The notes below the pieces were generated by a model. It made no database searches. It saw nothing but the letters and a program-made list of their open reading frames with translations, and was not told where the DNA came from. From Paramecium tetraurelia (Eukaryota), in assembly GCA_000165425.1 (NCBI GenBank), contig CT868540.1, forward strand, positions 682,001-746,000: a DNA stretch of 64,000 bases, written 5' to 3'. Made by a program: the position numbers and the translations under genes. Below, in pieces: positions 37,348-51,711 of the stretch. Position 1 is the first letter of the stretch. The number at the start of each line of letters is the position of its first letter.

Positions 37348-40300
37348 TCATTTCAAATGATATTTATCCATCAACTATTTTAAATTTGTTAAATATGTGT
37401 TCATAACTGCTAGCTGATCTTGTTTTTCATTTATTAAGTTCTTTAACCACTAAATTTATTGATTTCTAGCTTCCAATAATAATCTAGCGTCTTCTTAATC
37501 TTAATCCTTTCTTAATTTAATTGAAACCTTTGGTTCTGTAAATTAATATATTTATTGTTAGGTTAAAAACGGAGCTTTAGACAATAATTCTTTCACTTAT
37601 TATATGATTTACCCTTGAGGACTTGTATTATTTTAGTATGACCTAAGTTCAGCTTCATATTACTAACATAGTTACAATTGATTGCTGTATTAGACGGCTT
37701 ACGAATCCAACAGCAACTTAAAATACATTACTAAGTTTTCTACATCCATATTTTTATCGACATCCTTCTTCTTTCCTTAGATTTTTGCTTCAGATATAAT
37801 TTAAAGCATTTGTTACTTTAGTACAGTTATTCTTGTTAGGTTTTGTTCTACGCGGAATCTAAAATTGATATAGTCTCCTCTATATTATTAAAGCTTTTAT
37901 AAGACTAATTATTCATCATCCTCTTCTCTTATAGTAAGAGTCTTATTTTCCTTTTAGAATAATTTAATTTAATCAAGAACGGTGGCAATATTTAATTGAT
38001 CCTTCTTGATCTTCTTTTTTAAGAACACATTCACAACTAAAGTTAACAATTCTGTTAATTCTTCACCCAACCCTTATGAATTTCTCTTCATGTTTTCTAT
38101 TTCTTCTGTTTGTTATTCAATAATGAACTGATATTCTTAAATTTTCATATTTTCATGATCATTACTATTATTTATTGGTTTATTATATGTTTATTTTTCT
38201 TTTTCTTTTTCTCTTTCTCTTTCTTTTTCTCTCTAATTACTCTAATTAGATTGATAGCTTTGATTATCAAGCAATTACTTTAATTCTTGAATTTGTTAAT
38301 CCTTTTATCTAATTGAATTCTGAGACTATTTAAATTATCCTTCCAATTCATCTACCCTTGATCTTAATTCAAAGGATTCTGAATTTCCTTAGTTACCTAC
38401 TAGGGCATCACTTCTTAATTTATTATATTATTTTTCAAGATTTCTATTTTTGTCTTGGAGTTCGTTAATTTACAATTTTAATTAATCAATTTAAGTGTTT
38501 TTATTTAGATTATCATTAGTTAACTTTTTGACTTATGAAAACAATTCTCCAGATGATGTTTGTTCTGAATTCATTTCAGTCAACTCTAGTTATAATTATT
38601 CATAACTGTTTTTTGAATTAGTTAAATCAGCCTTTAATTTTACAATAGTGCCTTCTAATGTTGTTATTTATTACTCCTTTTTCTAAATGGTGTGCTAGAG
38701 TTATAAGATATCTGATTCTTTAGATTATAAAGCATTCTAAGATACTTATAGTTCTCTCTCTAAGACTTTATTTTTCTTCTAAACTGAATGCATTTGTTCT
38801 TGCAATTCTATTTTGTTAGCTGCCATCAAATTTATCTCTTTATCTTTTCCTTTATATATATCTAACTCTTGTAAGGCCAATTCATATCTACTTTGATAAT
38901 CATCTCTTTAATCTTCCACAAGTCTTAGATTTTCTTCAGATTGTTAAGCTCTAAAGCTCAATGAATCAAATTTATTTTATAAATTAAACAGAGTCTTCGA
39001 TTTCTCGTCCAAATCTATCAACTTTTCATTATATTTCTCATCCAAATGTTAATAATCAATTTTTAATTTCATCTAACTCTACTCTAAATTTAATTAATTT
39101 CCTTTCAAAACTGATAATAATGCTTCTTAATTTTAAATTGTGGCTTCATGTGAATACACTTATTATTTCAAGTCTCCATTCTCTACCTCTATTTATTTTA
39201 ATTATGCCATAGCCTACATGTCCTATGCTCTCTTCTGCATTATCTCATGATTTTCTTTTCTTACTTATTGCAACTATGAGTTTGATTCCTTTAATTAGTT
39301 TGTTAAATCAATTATTTTAGTCTCATGAGATACAATAGTCGCCAATTTTGAATCAAGTAAGTCAGTAAGACTTTGAAGTTCCTTCTTTTGTTTTTGATAT
39401 TAGTCAGAAATTTCGTTGTAATCCAACAATTGTTTTTCTAAAGAGCTTAGTTTTTAACCTTACTCCATATATCTTGATTATAAAGAGTTATATTCAATGG
39501 ATCTACTTTAGAGAGATTGCATATTATTTAATTCAACATCAAATTTTTTTTTTAGATCATCGTATTGATTTTGTATATCTTATGATGATCTATTACTTTA
39601 GTTATATTTTTCTTGAATCTTTATTAATTGATTTTCTAGCTAACCAATTTATTAGGTTTTATCATTAACTTGCTTTTCCTTTGCCTTTCTTAAACTCTCC
39701 TCCTCCTGCACTTTATATTTCAATTCAGTTATTGTTGTCAATTGTTCTTCTATTTTAGCAGTATATTATTTAATTTCTTAACTTTAAGCCTCAATTTTAA
39801 TGTTCATGTTTTAATTTTATTGTTCCAATTTTTCCAATCTTATTGACTGAACTTTGCTATTTTCCAAATTAGATTCCCTAGATTAATTTTGTTATATTTC
39901 ATAATCTTTAATCTATTTGTTCAAATGTTCTAGTGTTAATAGTTATTGTTGTAGTTCTTCATTTAAATTTGAAATTTCAGTTTTATATTTCTTATCACTT
40001 TACTATAACTTCAATATCTGAGCCTCTGCTTCGATAACCCTTTGTTTCTACAAATCTCTTTCAGAAGATACCTTTGAATGTTCTGTCATGTATTCTCTTT
40101 CTCTAGAATTAATTTGATCTTCCAGATGTTTCACTTATTTATTTTAAAGTGTTCGTTGTTATTCTAGACTTGATACTTTTTCATTCAAATTTCTAATTTA
40201 ATCATTGAGACTATTGATTTATTCTTATCTTGAACGAATCTGTTCTTCTTTCATGTATAATTATTTTTTCAGATTTTCTTGTTCTGTTCCAAGAATGGAT

Positions 40301-43241
40301 TTTTCATTTTATTCTGCTTCATTCGATTCCTTGACTTTATGGATCTTTTCATTTTACCCTAAAATAATAAGTTCTTATTCTTCTATTTTTTTCTTAAGAT
40401 TTTCATACTCTTTTCCTTTATTTCCAACTTAAAATTACAAACTCTCCAATAAAACTCTTTATTCACTTTACTTCTTTAAACTTTCCGTCAATTATTCATC
40501 TAATTAATTTTTTTAAGTGTTTAATTCTTTGATTTTTGTCTCATGTGAAGTCACTTACTCCACCTTTTCTTATATAGTTCTATCATACATTCTTTTTTAA
40601 TGTTCCAGTTCTACAATTTTCATTTCCGCTGCTTTAAAGTTCTCTTAAAGATTTTAATGCATAGATGCCAATTATGATTATTATGATTTTGCTTTAGATA
40701 ATTCTAATTGTAATTATTCAATTTATGCCTAAAAGTCTTGAATTCTCTAATCCTTTTATTAGTTTTATTATTATATTGTCTAAGATCTATTTTATCTGAA
40801 ATTTGTTTATTCTAATAGTTGATCATACTCGATTTATAGGTTCTAACTTTTGGATCTCTCTTAATTCAATTTTATAGTTAATTCATCTATTGATTAAAAT
40901 AATTATTTAGTTAAGGATGTTTTAGCTTCCAATTCTAATGATAATTGTTCTCTAATTCTTTCATAATTTCTATCATTTTCATCCTTTGTTATTGTAATAG
41001 AAGGATTTGAAGAGTTAACTTTAGTTTTCAATTCCTAATTGATCAATGTTTGCTCTTTTAGTTTATGTTCAATATCACTCAGTTTTGATTTCCAAACTTT
41101 TTCTGAAGTTTGATAATTACTTAACTAGAGTTATAATTCAGCATTCTTTCTTCTCTCTTATATTACCTAATCGCCTTCTGATTTCATGTTATTTTCATCT
41201 AGAAGTCCTTGAATTTATCTTTACAATTAGGTGATTGTAGCCTCCCTCTAACTCAACTAAGCATTTATCAAAAATTTAGATTATTCGAGTTAAGTAATTT
41301 AAATTTAGAGCTTTCTTGATTCATTCTAATCACTAGATTTCGAATTTTATTCTAAAACCTGATTTTCCAATTCTGCAATCTTCTTCTACAATCTAGCATT
41401 CTCATCCTAGATTCTTTCAACTTCTCTTTAATAAGAATTTGATTTCTATCCATTACCATTAGCTGAACCTCCTTCTAAAGCTTTGACTTCAAGTAATTAT
41501 ATTTTATATTTATTATTTTCTGTTTAAGCAGAAACCAAGTTTTCTTGCAATTCCTTATTTTTTTTTTTGTATTCATCAATTATTCTTGATTTTTCATTCA
41601 CTTCCTTTTCAAACTAATGAGTAATTTTGGTTTAATCAATAAATTTAACTTCAGACAACTATACTTCTTTTTTAAGTTTTTATATTTCTTCAAAAATTTT
41701 TTCATTCTTTTCTTGCATTTCCAAAATTTTGAGGTTCTAATCCTTCACCACTCTATGTTTCAATATTAAGACCTCCTCCAATTTATTAATATAATCAGTT
41801 AAGACAGCCACATCCTCATCAACTTCCTCTTAATTTAACAAATGCATAGTCTTTCTTCTCAAATTAGAAAACACTAAGTCTTCATCTTCCACCTATTTCA
41901 AATCACCTTATATATTGGTTTGATCCTTCTGTTTCATCTATACAGTCTTTTTTCTATTCAACTCAGGCCCATTATTCAATTGGGAATTCAATTTTGCAAT
42001 TTCTTCCTTTTGATTTTCAACTATTTTGTTCAAGATACTCACTCGATCAAAGTCCATATTACTTGATGTTGTATCTTAAATCACAGAAGAAAACCTGCTG
42101 GTAATTTATGATATTGACATTGTTTTAACATATGGTGAAAATTGTACACTTTTGGTTTTAAAGTATCCATCCTAGATCATTGAATATTTCACTTATCTTA
42201 ACAAAATGACTTCAATCTCTTCAATGTTTAATTGATTGGCTTTTACGTCAGCAATATTTTATGATAAGGCAGATGCAATAAATTTAATAAACTCATCCTA
42301 AGCCTGTTGATGCAAAGAATATAGAGAATCAATAACATAATATGTTGATTCAAATTACAACATATTGATTGTAAAACATTGTTAATATTTTATTAATCTT
42401 GACTTCAAGAAGTTAGTTATCAATGGCTTGTCTTGCTAAGACATTTTAAAAGAAGAACTTAAGACCAAAAGAACTCTATCAATATCTTCTCCATTATCAT
42501 AAGACATGATATTGGCAGGATATAGATTAGCTTATACCATCTCTGCAAAAAATATGTTGAGTAAGGAAAATGCAGCTGCTTCTGATCCAAAACAGAGAAA
42601 GAACACTGTCAGCATTATTAAATCTGGTGAAAATCCGACTTCATGATAATTTGATAGGAAAGTCTCCAAAACTCTTCCTGTTACTTATTTCAATGTTTCA
42701 TACTCATTTTCCTTGATAACGTAGTAAATGAACTCTCTTAATGAATAGTTGAACACTCCAGGTATTTCAGCAAATGCAATATTTAAGTTATTTTTAAGTT
42801 TTCTGACTTCTGATTAATCACTCTGCGAAATCTTACTTTACGCTTATAAATATTCCTAAATTAGAATATATCAATATAAATACTGTTTTGGTTTGTTCTT
42901 TTGTAACCCCAAATTAATTCAACCACTCAAGTGCCTTCGTATCCTGAAGAAATTAGATACGATTACTATCCACAAATTTTTTTATTGATTCACTCTCCTC
43001 TTTACAAATCCTACATTATCTATGCAAGGCTTTTTCTTCTTACCCTGACTCTGTAAATACTCTTCCTTTAAAAGCGGAACACTTATCGCAAACTGCTCTC
43101 TTGCATCTACAATATATATAATATATACCTTTTGCACTAATGCTCTGTACCAAACTTTTTCTGGCAAATTTAACAAGCTTTATACTTCCCTCTTTCACCT
43201 GAAATTAGGACTCTTTTGAAAAGAGATGGATTTTTCTTCAT
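37348..43241 (-). CDS. Atypical FYVE zinc finger + degenerate TBC/RabGAP-like domain + very long coiled coil, paralogue A (~1,900 aa)
   Basis: CQICQKKFGTEHQCKR^CKRAVCDKCS...HRQCRIC; RVLETFLSNYHEVGFSPDLIMLTVFFLCFGSEAAAFSLL; followed by more than 4.5 kb of E/K/Q heptad-rich frame. Confidence 0.8.
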
Positions 43242-43285
43242 TAGATATATGTATAATAATAATTTATTTAATATTGCAAATAATG

Positions 43286-46200
43286 TCAATTAATCGAAGC
43301 CATTTCTTCTGACAATGTCTTAAATTACACTAGCAAAGTTTATAACTTTTTAATTGACTTCTCTTGCTCAACAATTTTCTTATCCTTTTCAACAATAATG
43401 AGCTCAAGTTCTTAGATCCTCTACTTTAATTCTCTAATAATTTTCTCATAATCAATCAGATCAAGTTTCTACTTCTCAATCACTTGAATAAGCTTTAATA
43501 TTTCCGATTCTTTGGTCTATCCTTCCTTAATTAAAATTGTAATCTTCTCGTCTTGTTTGATAATTTCATTTTTGTAATCCTGATTATACAAAATGAGTTC
43601 TTAAATCCTTTTCTCTAATTCTAAAACATCCAACTCAAGTTTGCTATTTCTATTCTCTAATTTGGTCAATTTCTCTAAATGTACAGTTATTTGAACAAGC
43701 AATTATTGATGTCTTTGTTCTTGGTTTTTATCTGCTTAGGCAAGTTTACCTTCTAATTCTTTAATAATGGCCTATAAATTATCAATTTATAATTTTTAAT
43801 TTTCACTTAATGTTTTGAATTCATGAGCCTTCTTTTCCAATCCTATAATAATTAAATCTAGTTCCCCAACCTTTTTAATGTGATTTTAGGTATCTTTCTC
43901 CAATCTATCCATTAGTGCTTGATGCTAATTTTACAATAATTAATGTTTGTCCTCCAATGCCTTCAGTTTTCTTTGGAGATCCTCATTTTGAGATTTTATT
44001 TCATTCAGTTTATCATTTGTATTTCCTTTCACTTTTTCGTATTCTATAACAATTAATCTATATTTTTCATTTAATCCTTTATGTTGGCCATCAAGATCAT
44101 TAAATTTCTTTTTCCATTCTTCACATTCAGCAATCAACTTTTCATGTTTACCACTTAAATCTTTATGGTTATTGTCTAATTTTGTCCATTTCTCCTCTAA
44201 AGCTACAAATATGACTTTAAGTGCCTTAAATTCCTTCTTGTGTTCCTCAAGTTTTGCATCCTTTTCTGCTAAACTATCTTCAAGATCTTTGATTTTTTTA
44301 TTATTTTGATCGATGATTTATTTCAATTCATCAATAGTCTTCTTATCATCTTCCCTTTATTTTTGATGGTTGGCTTCTATTTCAGCTATTTTCTTAACTC
44401 CTTTCGCAATGCCTGTCTCAAGTAGTTTAATTGTCTCATCTTTTTCTTTGACCAAATTCTACATTTAGTTATTGTGGTCTAAAGATTGATTTAATTGATC
44501 TGAAGTAGTTTAATATTATTTAGAAATTTCTGCCAATCTATTTTTTAAGTCTTCAATGATTAAAAGTAATTCATTCTCTTTTCTTTCATAATCCTCTAAA
44601 TTTTACCTTTTTTCAATTCTTACCTAATCCAACTCCTCGCTTTAGATCTCATGTTGTTTAAATAATTAATCATATTTAGCTTTCAAATTATCAAGTTCTT
44701 CTTGTTATTAAATTATCACTAATTCATGATGTTCAATCTTTTTAAAGAGAGCTGCTATTTCAAGAATAAGTTTTTCATTTTCTCTTTTTGTCGAATCCAA
44801 TTCAATCAATCTAACTTCTAAATTTCCAATAATTTTGAGCTTGTCTTAATTTAATTGTTATAGTCCTAGTAACTCTTTGTTCAATTAATTCATTGATAAT
44901 TCTAATTACACTATTTTTTGTTATTGTTCATCTATTTATGATTATAATTTTTCTTCATTCTTTTTTTAAATCAAAGCTATGTTTATTTAATAGTTTTTTT
45001 CTCTTGATGGTGTTAATGGAGATGGAGGTTAGAGTTGTTGAGAACTTTAATTTTTCAAATCCTTTATCTAAAGATACAAATCTTTATTTGTTCTTAAAGA
45101 TGTCTCAAGTTATTACTCTAATTCTTTGTTTGATTTTTGTATTGAAGTTACCATCTCTTGAGCATCCTCTTGAAGTTTGTTGGAATATTTATTTTACTCT
45201 TCTAATTATGAGATTTAAGTGTCATATTCTGAAATTCTTTTTCTTAATTATTCATTAGCCTCTAAGAGTTTTTTATCTACATCTGCATTATTAGCAATTT
45301 ATGGAGGTTAATTTTATAACTCTTTGATTCTATTTTATAATTCAGTCACCAATTTATGCTTTGTCATTAATGTTTCTTCAATTTTCTCAATATATTATTT
45401 TAAATTTGCTTTTTCCTCATCAGCTTCAGGGTTGGCTTTTACTTCAATTGACTTTTTTCTTTAATCCTAAATGTTTTTCTCTGAACTTACTGCGTTCTCA
45501 GACAAATTTTGGTTACCTTTAATTGAAATTTCAACCCTTATATCCCTGTTATGCTCTGGCTATATCTAATTTGATAGTTTTTTATCACTTGATCTCTATA
45601 TGACTACACTTTAAGTCACTCTTTTCTGAGGCAAAAATATTATCACCTTTGTCATTGTAAAGTCCTTCTCACATTATGTTGATTTCACATTTCTTAGAAT
45701 CTATGCCTCAGCATCATCCTGAGCATTTACAAATGTTTTGATATCTTCAAATTATTGATAAAAGCTAACCGCCAAACTTTTGATAAAGTTGTCATATCCA
45801 GACTTTGGAAACCCTAAGATTAGAGACATCATAAAGAAGGATGTCTAAAACATATAAAAGTTGATTCCCAAAGTCATAACATATCTTACGATTCTAGATC
45901 TGACAAATGGTTTGATAATCTATACTTCCTATTATTTGATTTTAAACCCTTGTTCTAGCACTTATAGAACCTAATCTGTTTCATGTTGATAATCGTAGGG
46001 TGTCTTTCTTAAATTCAATGGGTACAAATATGAAGGAATGATGTCAGAGTATAGTATAGTCAAAATTGTGTAGGTTGATGCTTCAGAGCAGAAACACAAA
46101 AGGAATATTGTTATCAACACTTAGTCTGGGCTATACCCTATTTCTGGGTATTATAACAAAACTGCTCCTAAGACCTTACAAACTTGTTATTGTAATTATT

Positions 46201-46755
46201 CTAATTCATTCTCCTTCATAACATTAAACAGAAATTCTCTCAATGAGTAATTTAGATTAATCCAAAAGTCAACCATGACTTATTGTAACTCCTACTTCAT
46301 TTTTAAAAACTCTCCCTTATCTTTAGCTCGATCATTTTCTTTTTGAGCAAAATCATATTCCTAAAATAAACAATGAATATACCTTTTTAGCTAAATCTAT
46401 GGTTAAACCTGATGATTTAAGCCATTCAAGCGAGAAAGTATCTTTTCCTATACTTAATTTGTATTACTCAATAAACTTTTTTATGGATTCGCTTTCCTCT
46501 TTGCAAGTATTGCAAATTCTATGGGTTTATTTGGAGTACCCAGCATCACCTAGAACAGGTCCATGAAAATTAGCACAATTCTGACAAACAGCTCTTCGAC
46601 ACCTAATGTTGAGATTATAATATGAACCTTTTGCATTGATGTTCCTTATGAAAGATGGTAAACTCTTTTTAACATATTTAACACTTTTTAAACCTCCCTC
46701 TTACCTCATTTAAGATAACATTTTTAATTAGAACTTGAGTAGATTTTCTTGACAT
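43286..46755 (-). CDS. Atypical FYVE + degenerate TBC-like + coiled coil, paralogue B (~1,140 aa)
   Basis: CQICQKEFTIFHKEHQCKR^CRRAVCQNCA...HRICNTC; KVLGAVLLQYPEIGYSPDQVLITIFLLCFCSEASTYTIL. Confidence 0.8.
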
Positions 46756-46898
46756 TTGGATTTGAAAATAAAAATATTTAAGAAATTCGATTAATTCATC
46801 ACTTAAATGTTGATTCATTCTGATAATGCATAATAATTCAATTCATTAGTAAAATATAGAATAATATATATATTTAATAAATGATTATTAATCATGGA

Positions 46899-49800
46899 TC
46901 ATTTCATAATTTGTACAAAATAATTGCTCATTAAATCCTTTAATTTTATCATCCCATTATTAAGAGTCTCTAATTGCGTTTACTTTTCAGTTAAAATCAC
47001 TTTTAATGTTGTTATTTATTAATTTCTTACTTCAAGAATCAATTTGGCATCCTCCTAATCAACTTACTTATTTTTGAACCTCTAATCAGAAAAAGAAAAC
47101 ACCTCAGAAGGAGAAAAGATCGGTAGATCTATAATTATATCTCTAACTCCTTATAAAATTTTCTTTTCCCTCTTAGATTCTTCCTAAACCTCCAAGTATT
47201 TATTTTTAGATAACTGTAATTATTAAATTCTTGATTCTAATTCTTCTTTGTCAATTTAAAATTATTATAGTTTTTATTATAATTATAATATTACAATGTC
47301 CAAATTTGGGTTTTAGTTCAAGTCATTTTAATCAAAAGTCTATCTGAATATTTGTAATATTTTTTATTTAGTTGAATTAATTCTTGAAAACACACTATTA
47401 ACTTTTTCAATCAAAGATTTTAAAGAATTGTAATCAAATACAAATGAATCTTCCACTTCATCCATTAATTCATTCAACTTTTATACAAATTAACCATCCT
47501 CAAAAATATTTGAGAATTCCTCTGAAAATGTAGTTTATTACTCAATTAAATGACTAATTTTCTCTACTATTAGAGCAATTGCTTAATCATTTATATGATT
47601 AGTTGAAACTTTACCATCTAAATTTAATAGAACAATAGTTTTAGTCAATAATTCTCCTATGTGTTTGCCATCAGTTGTTTAATTAATTTTTACAACATTG
47701 TCTTAATTAATTTTCATCCAAGCTTTTTCTTTTTACTTTAACTATTTAATTTTTGTTTTCTTTTTCTCAAGTTTTTCTTACAATACAGTCAACTCTTTTT
47801 CTTGACTATTTATTAGACTAAGTTAGATTTCTGGATTAATCAATTTATCTTTTTCTACTTGAATCATCATTTATAAGTGAGCATAATGTTTTGATTTTAA
47901 TTATTAATATCTTTCCTCCTATTCCTTTAATTATGCTTAGAGCCGCTAAATTTCTTTCTGGAGTTCTCCTCCATTGCTTATATCTTGATAAGAATTTTGT
48001 ATTGATGTTGTCACCTATTTTTATTATTTTTCTTAAATTTCTAGTTTAATGGTTAGATCTTTAAGTTATGATTCAGCCAAAAATCTAGCTTTTTATTCCT
48101 TTTATAATTGTTATTATAATTGTTGTATTTATTGATTAAACCTTTCTTGGACTTGTCTCAATTACAAATTTGATTCATTTTATGAATCTGTGATTTATCT
48201 CTATAGCTGTTAAACTAAACCATTATCCTACTTATATAAACTTGATTATCTAGTTTCAATATCTTAAATAGACTTCTTGTATAATTTATTTTGTTTTTCT
48301 AATTGCTCTATTGAACTTTCCAATTCAACTATTTTAGCTGTTGTATCGAATTTGTTTTTATTCAACTTTAATTCTAATTCTGAAATCTGTTTTTCCTTTA
48401 ATTACAATTTTGCTTCTAATTCAGCTATTGCGATTTCATCCTTTTTAGATCTTTATTAATTTTAATCCTAACTTGATTATTTGGCTTTTAACTTTTCATA
48501 TTTTCTTTTGTACTTCTATAAATTTTTTTCTAAAATCTCATATTCATACTAATCTTGGCTTGCAGTAGATGCTTGACTTTTGGATAATTAGGACTATTCT
48601 AATTGTTCTTTTAATTGGATATTTGCTTTGTATTCAATAAATACTTAAGACTCCAACTTTTTGATATAGGCCTACATTTATTATTTTTCTAAATCAAAAT
48701 TGTTTTACTTTTGCTATTATGTAACTCTTCTAAGATTTTGCAATTCTTCATCCTATTAAGATATATATTAATCTAAATTGATGTCCTTTCCTGGTGACTT
48801 ATATAAGGATATAACTTATTAAGTTTACTGTAATTTCAATTCTAAGTTTTCTATCTCTAATTTTTACTTATCTATTTTGCTTTGTTATTCTTGAATAATT
48901 TTTTATTATCTTTCAATCTCTGTTCTCAAAATAATGATTTAATCTTGTTGTTTTATACCTGTCCCTGATTCACTATCTTGTAAAAATGATGGTTGCCTAG
49001 CTGATATATTGCTACTAGATTTTTGGACAACTGGAATAACTTTGGAGAAATCAACTTATTTCGTCAAGAAATATCCATCTTGGATTTTTCCGGAACGAAC
49101 ATTTCTTAATAAAATCAATTCAATTTCATCTTAAGATTATTAGCGAAATATCTATATATATCCATTGTAAGCAGTTGCCAGATATTTAGTTAAATCATCA
49201 TAACCAGTTTGGGGTTGCAAAAAAAGTTAATTAATGATAAAAAAGGTAGTTTCAAATAAAAAGAAATTTATGGTAAAAGATTATATATAACGAACCAATC
49301 TATATCTTAAAAATGTTTTAACATAAGGGGAATCCTGGGAGCTGATTTTGTATGCCTAAGTTAATACTTACATAGTCTTGTCTATTTCTGTGAAGAATTC
49401 GCACTTCTCCTTTCTCAAACTCAAAGGGTATGTATAATGCGGAATAATTAGGGAATACATAAAGACCAAAATTTAGTAGGCAGAGGCTTCGCTGCAAAAA
49501 CACAACAGAAATAATGTTGTGAAGACTTAATCTGGGGCATAACCTACTTCTGGGTAAATTTTCAAAAATGTTCCAAGTACTCGATTAATTGAATCCAAAA
49601 TCAATGTGATGTTAAAATCCTTTATTACTAAATAGAAAAATTCTGATAATGAATAATTTTTAAAGTGAACAATCTCCTAAAATACTTATGGAAGCTCACT
49701 CTTCATTTTCACACTTTCTTCTTTATTTCTTAAATTGCTCTCTTCTCTTTACGATTAATCGAAATCCTGAATTATTAGATATTAAATACTAAATTTGCTT

Positions 49801-50162
49801 GTTCAACGCTGCTTCCAAACGATTTCAACCATTCCTTTGAAAAAGTATCTTCCATGAATACAATTTTGTATTGATTTATAAACTTCTTTAGAGATTCGCT
49901 TTCCTCTTTGCAAAGATAACATTATCTATGTGCAGTCTTAGAAGGAACACCATCAATGATCGTGAAAGCTTTGTAAGGGGAACATTTTTCACACACTGCC
50001 CTTTTACATCTTAATAAGAGTATGTTGAGTAATTTACCTCTTACATTGATGCTCTTTAGCCGAAAGTGCAGAAAAAGACTGATTGCAGATTTAACAACTT
50101 TTTGCCTTTCCTCTATCTCCACTATTCACTACGTACTTGATAAATTTTGGTCCTTTCTTCAT
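46899..50162 (-). CDS. Atypical FYVE + degenerate TBC-like + coiled coil, paralogue C (~1,070 aa)
   Basis: CQICNQSFSALSAKEHQCKR^CKRAVCEKCS...HRQCYLC; RVLGTFLKIYPEVGYAPDQVFTTLFLLCFCSEASAYQIL. Confidence 0.8.
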
Positions 50163-50207
50163 AATCTATATTTTGATATAAATATTAATTTTTGTGATAA
50201 TATTTCA

Positions 50208-51663
50208 TCATTTATATTTTTCGCATAAGATTTCTTTTTTTACGTAATCATTGTGTGTTACGCTAGTGTATTACCCTTGGTAGGCTGGAACCTACGTGAT
50301 TTCTCCATGTTAGTCAATAGCCTTAGCCTTTTCAACTTATTTTGGTTGATATGCTTATTTATTCTGCGACTATCCTAAAAATAAATCAATAGTTGGAAAT
50401 GGCTTGCCATTGGGGGGTTTAGTGTACTAGGCATAATTTGCATAAATACTCCATTATCTTATAATTGCTAAATTTTGAAACTTTATTTATAAGTTGTATT
50501 GGGATTGAAAGGTAATTCTGGTATTACAGTCTTGTAATGACTTTACTTGAATTGTTCATAATGAAGATCGCCGTAATTCATATAGAAATTCTAAGATCAA
50601 CAATATTGTACTTTATATGAGGTCATTGGTGTGGTACCAAGAGATGGCTTATATGTTTTAGCTATCCTTTGTTCTGGTGGAATAATTTGATAAGATTTGA
50701 AATCAGATCCCATTGTAGTTTTATATTCACATGATTCTACCGATTTGAATTTTTTAAATTATTCTAAATCAACTTTTAGATCCTATTCTTTAATTGGATT
50801 TTCTTTATAACTTGATCTGTAATTCGAATTCCAACATAAATTTGTGGCAAATGGTTTATATTAAAATTTACATTTGCATCTACCACATGGACATTAAACG
50901 CAAATACATTTTCCTAATTTTAGTATATTACATAATTACCAGCCAAATGCTTTACAAATTCTTCTTGTTCTGATAAATGCTATTCCACCAAACATTAAAT
51001 ATGTTCCTATTCACTTACTTATTATGATTATTACTCTTCCTCTTGATGTTCCTCTTATTGAATGGGTTTCTATTTATTTTAAGCAATTTCAGATTACAAT
51101 TCTAATGGTTCGACAATTTACTCATTCTTGCTCTCCTGTGGTTATTTAGTCTAAACAATTTGATAAGGCTCCTTTTTATAAAGCTATGACCTATTATCTG
51201 ATTAAAGTGATTATTCCGTTTCCTGTATCATTTATGGATTGTTTAGTAATGATTTAGAGAGATTTTGATTTTTCTCTGTCAAACTTGAAATCTATCTTTG
51301 CTAGAGATTTCCTAGTGTTTTTAATTTTAGTTAAGGCAAGGATTAAGAAATCAAAGGAGGTGTTTCATGTCTATTTGTTCCATTTTTTGGCATGGGGATC
51401 AAAGGACCTCCTTTGAGTGATTTTAATAAGACTCTTTTGCCGTATTTGGGCTCTCTGCTTGTATTAATTTCTGATTTCTAAGATGCATTTATTGATAAGA
51501 GAGTTTCTTTAAATTTTACAAAATCATCTGAGTGTTTTTCATCTTTATCATATCTCCTTAAACTGTTTTAGCTTTTTGTCAATTTGGTTAGTGTTTTTTC
51601 GGTGGGTTTGACTATTTGGGAATTGCTGGGTTTTAGCTTTTCTAAAATAGTTTCAGAAATCAT
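50208..51663 (-). CDS. SAXO/STOP-like microtubule-stabilising protein
   Basis: A Cys cluster G^KCICVQCPCGRCKCKF is followed by Mn-like motifs SNYRSSY, TTMGSDF, TSYK^NFY, TTYKQSF, SQNKQAY and SVTHNDY. Confidence 0.65.
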
Positions 51664-51711
51664 TCAATAAATAAATTATGTTTATGTAATTAAAATCAAT
51701 GTTTAATAAAT

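Noticed and set aside
38190..38236. Pyrimidine-rich TC/TTTC repeat as a regulatory element
   Set aside because: It encodes an E/R/K charged run on the minus strand within FYVE-TBC paralogue A.
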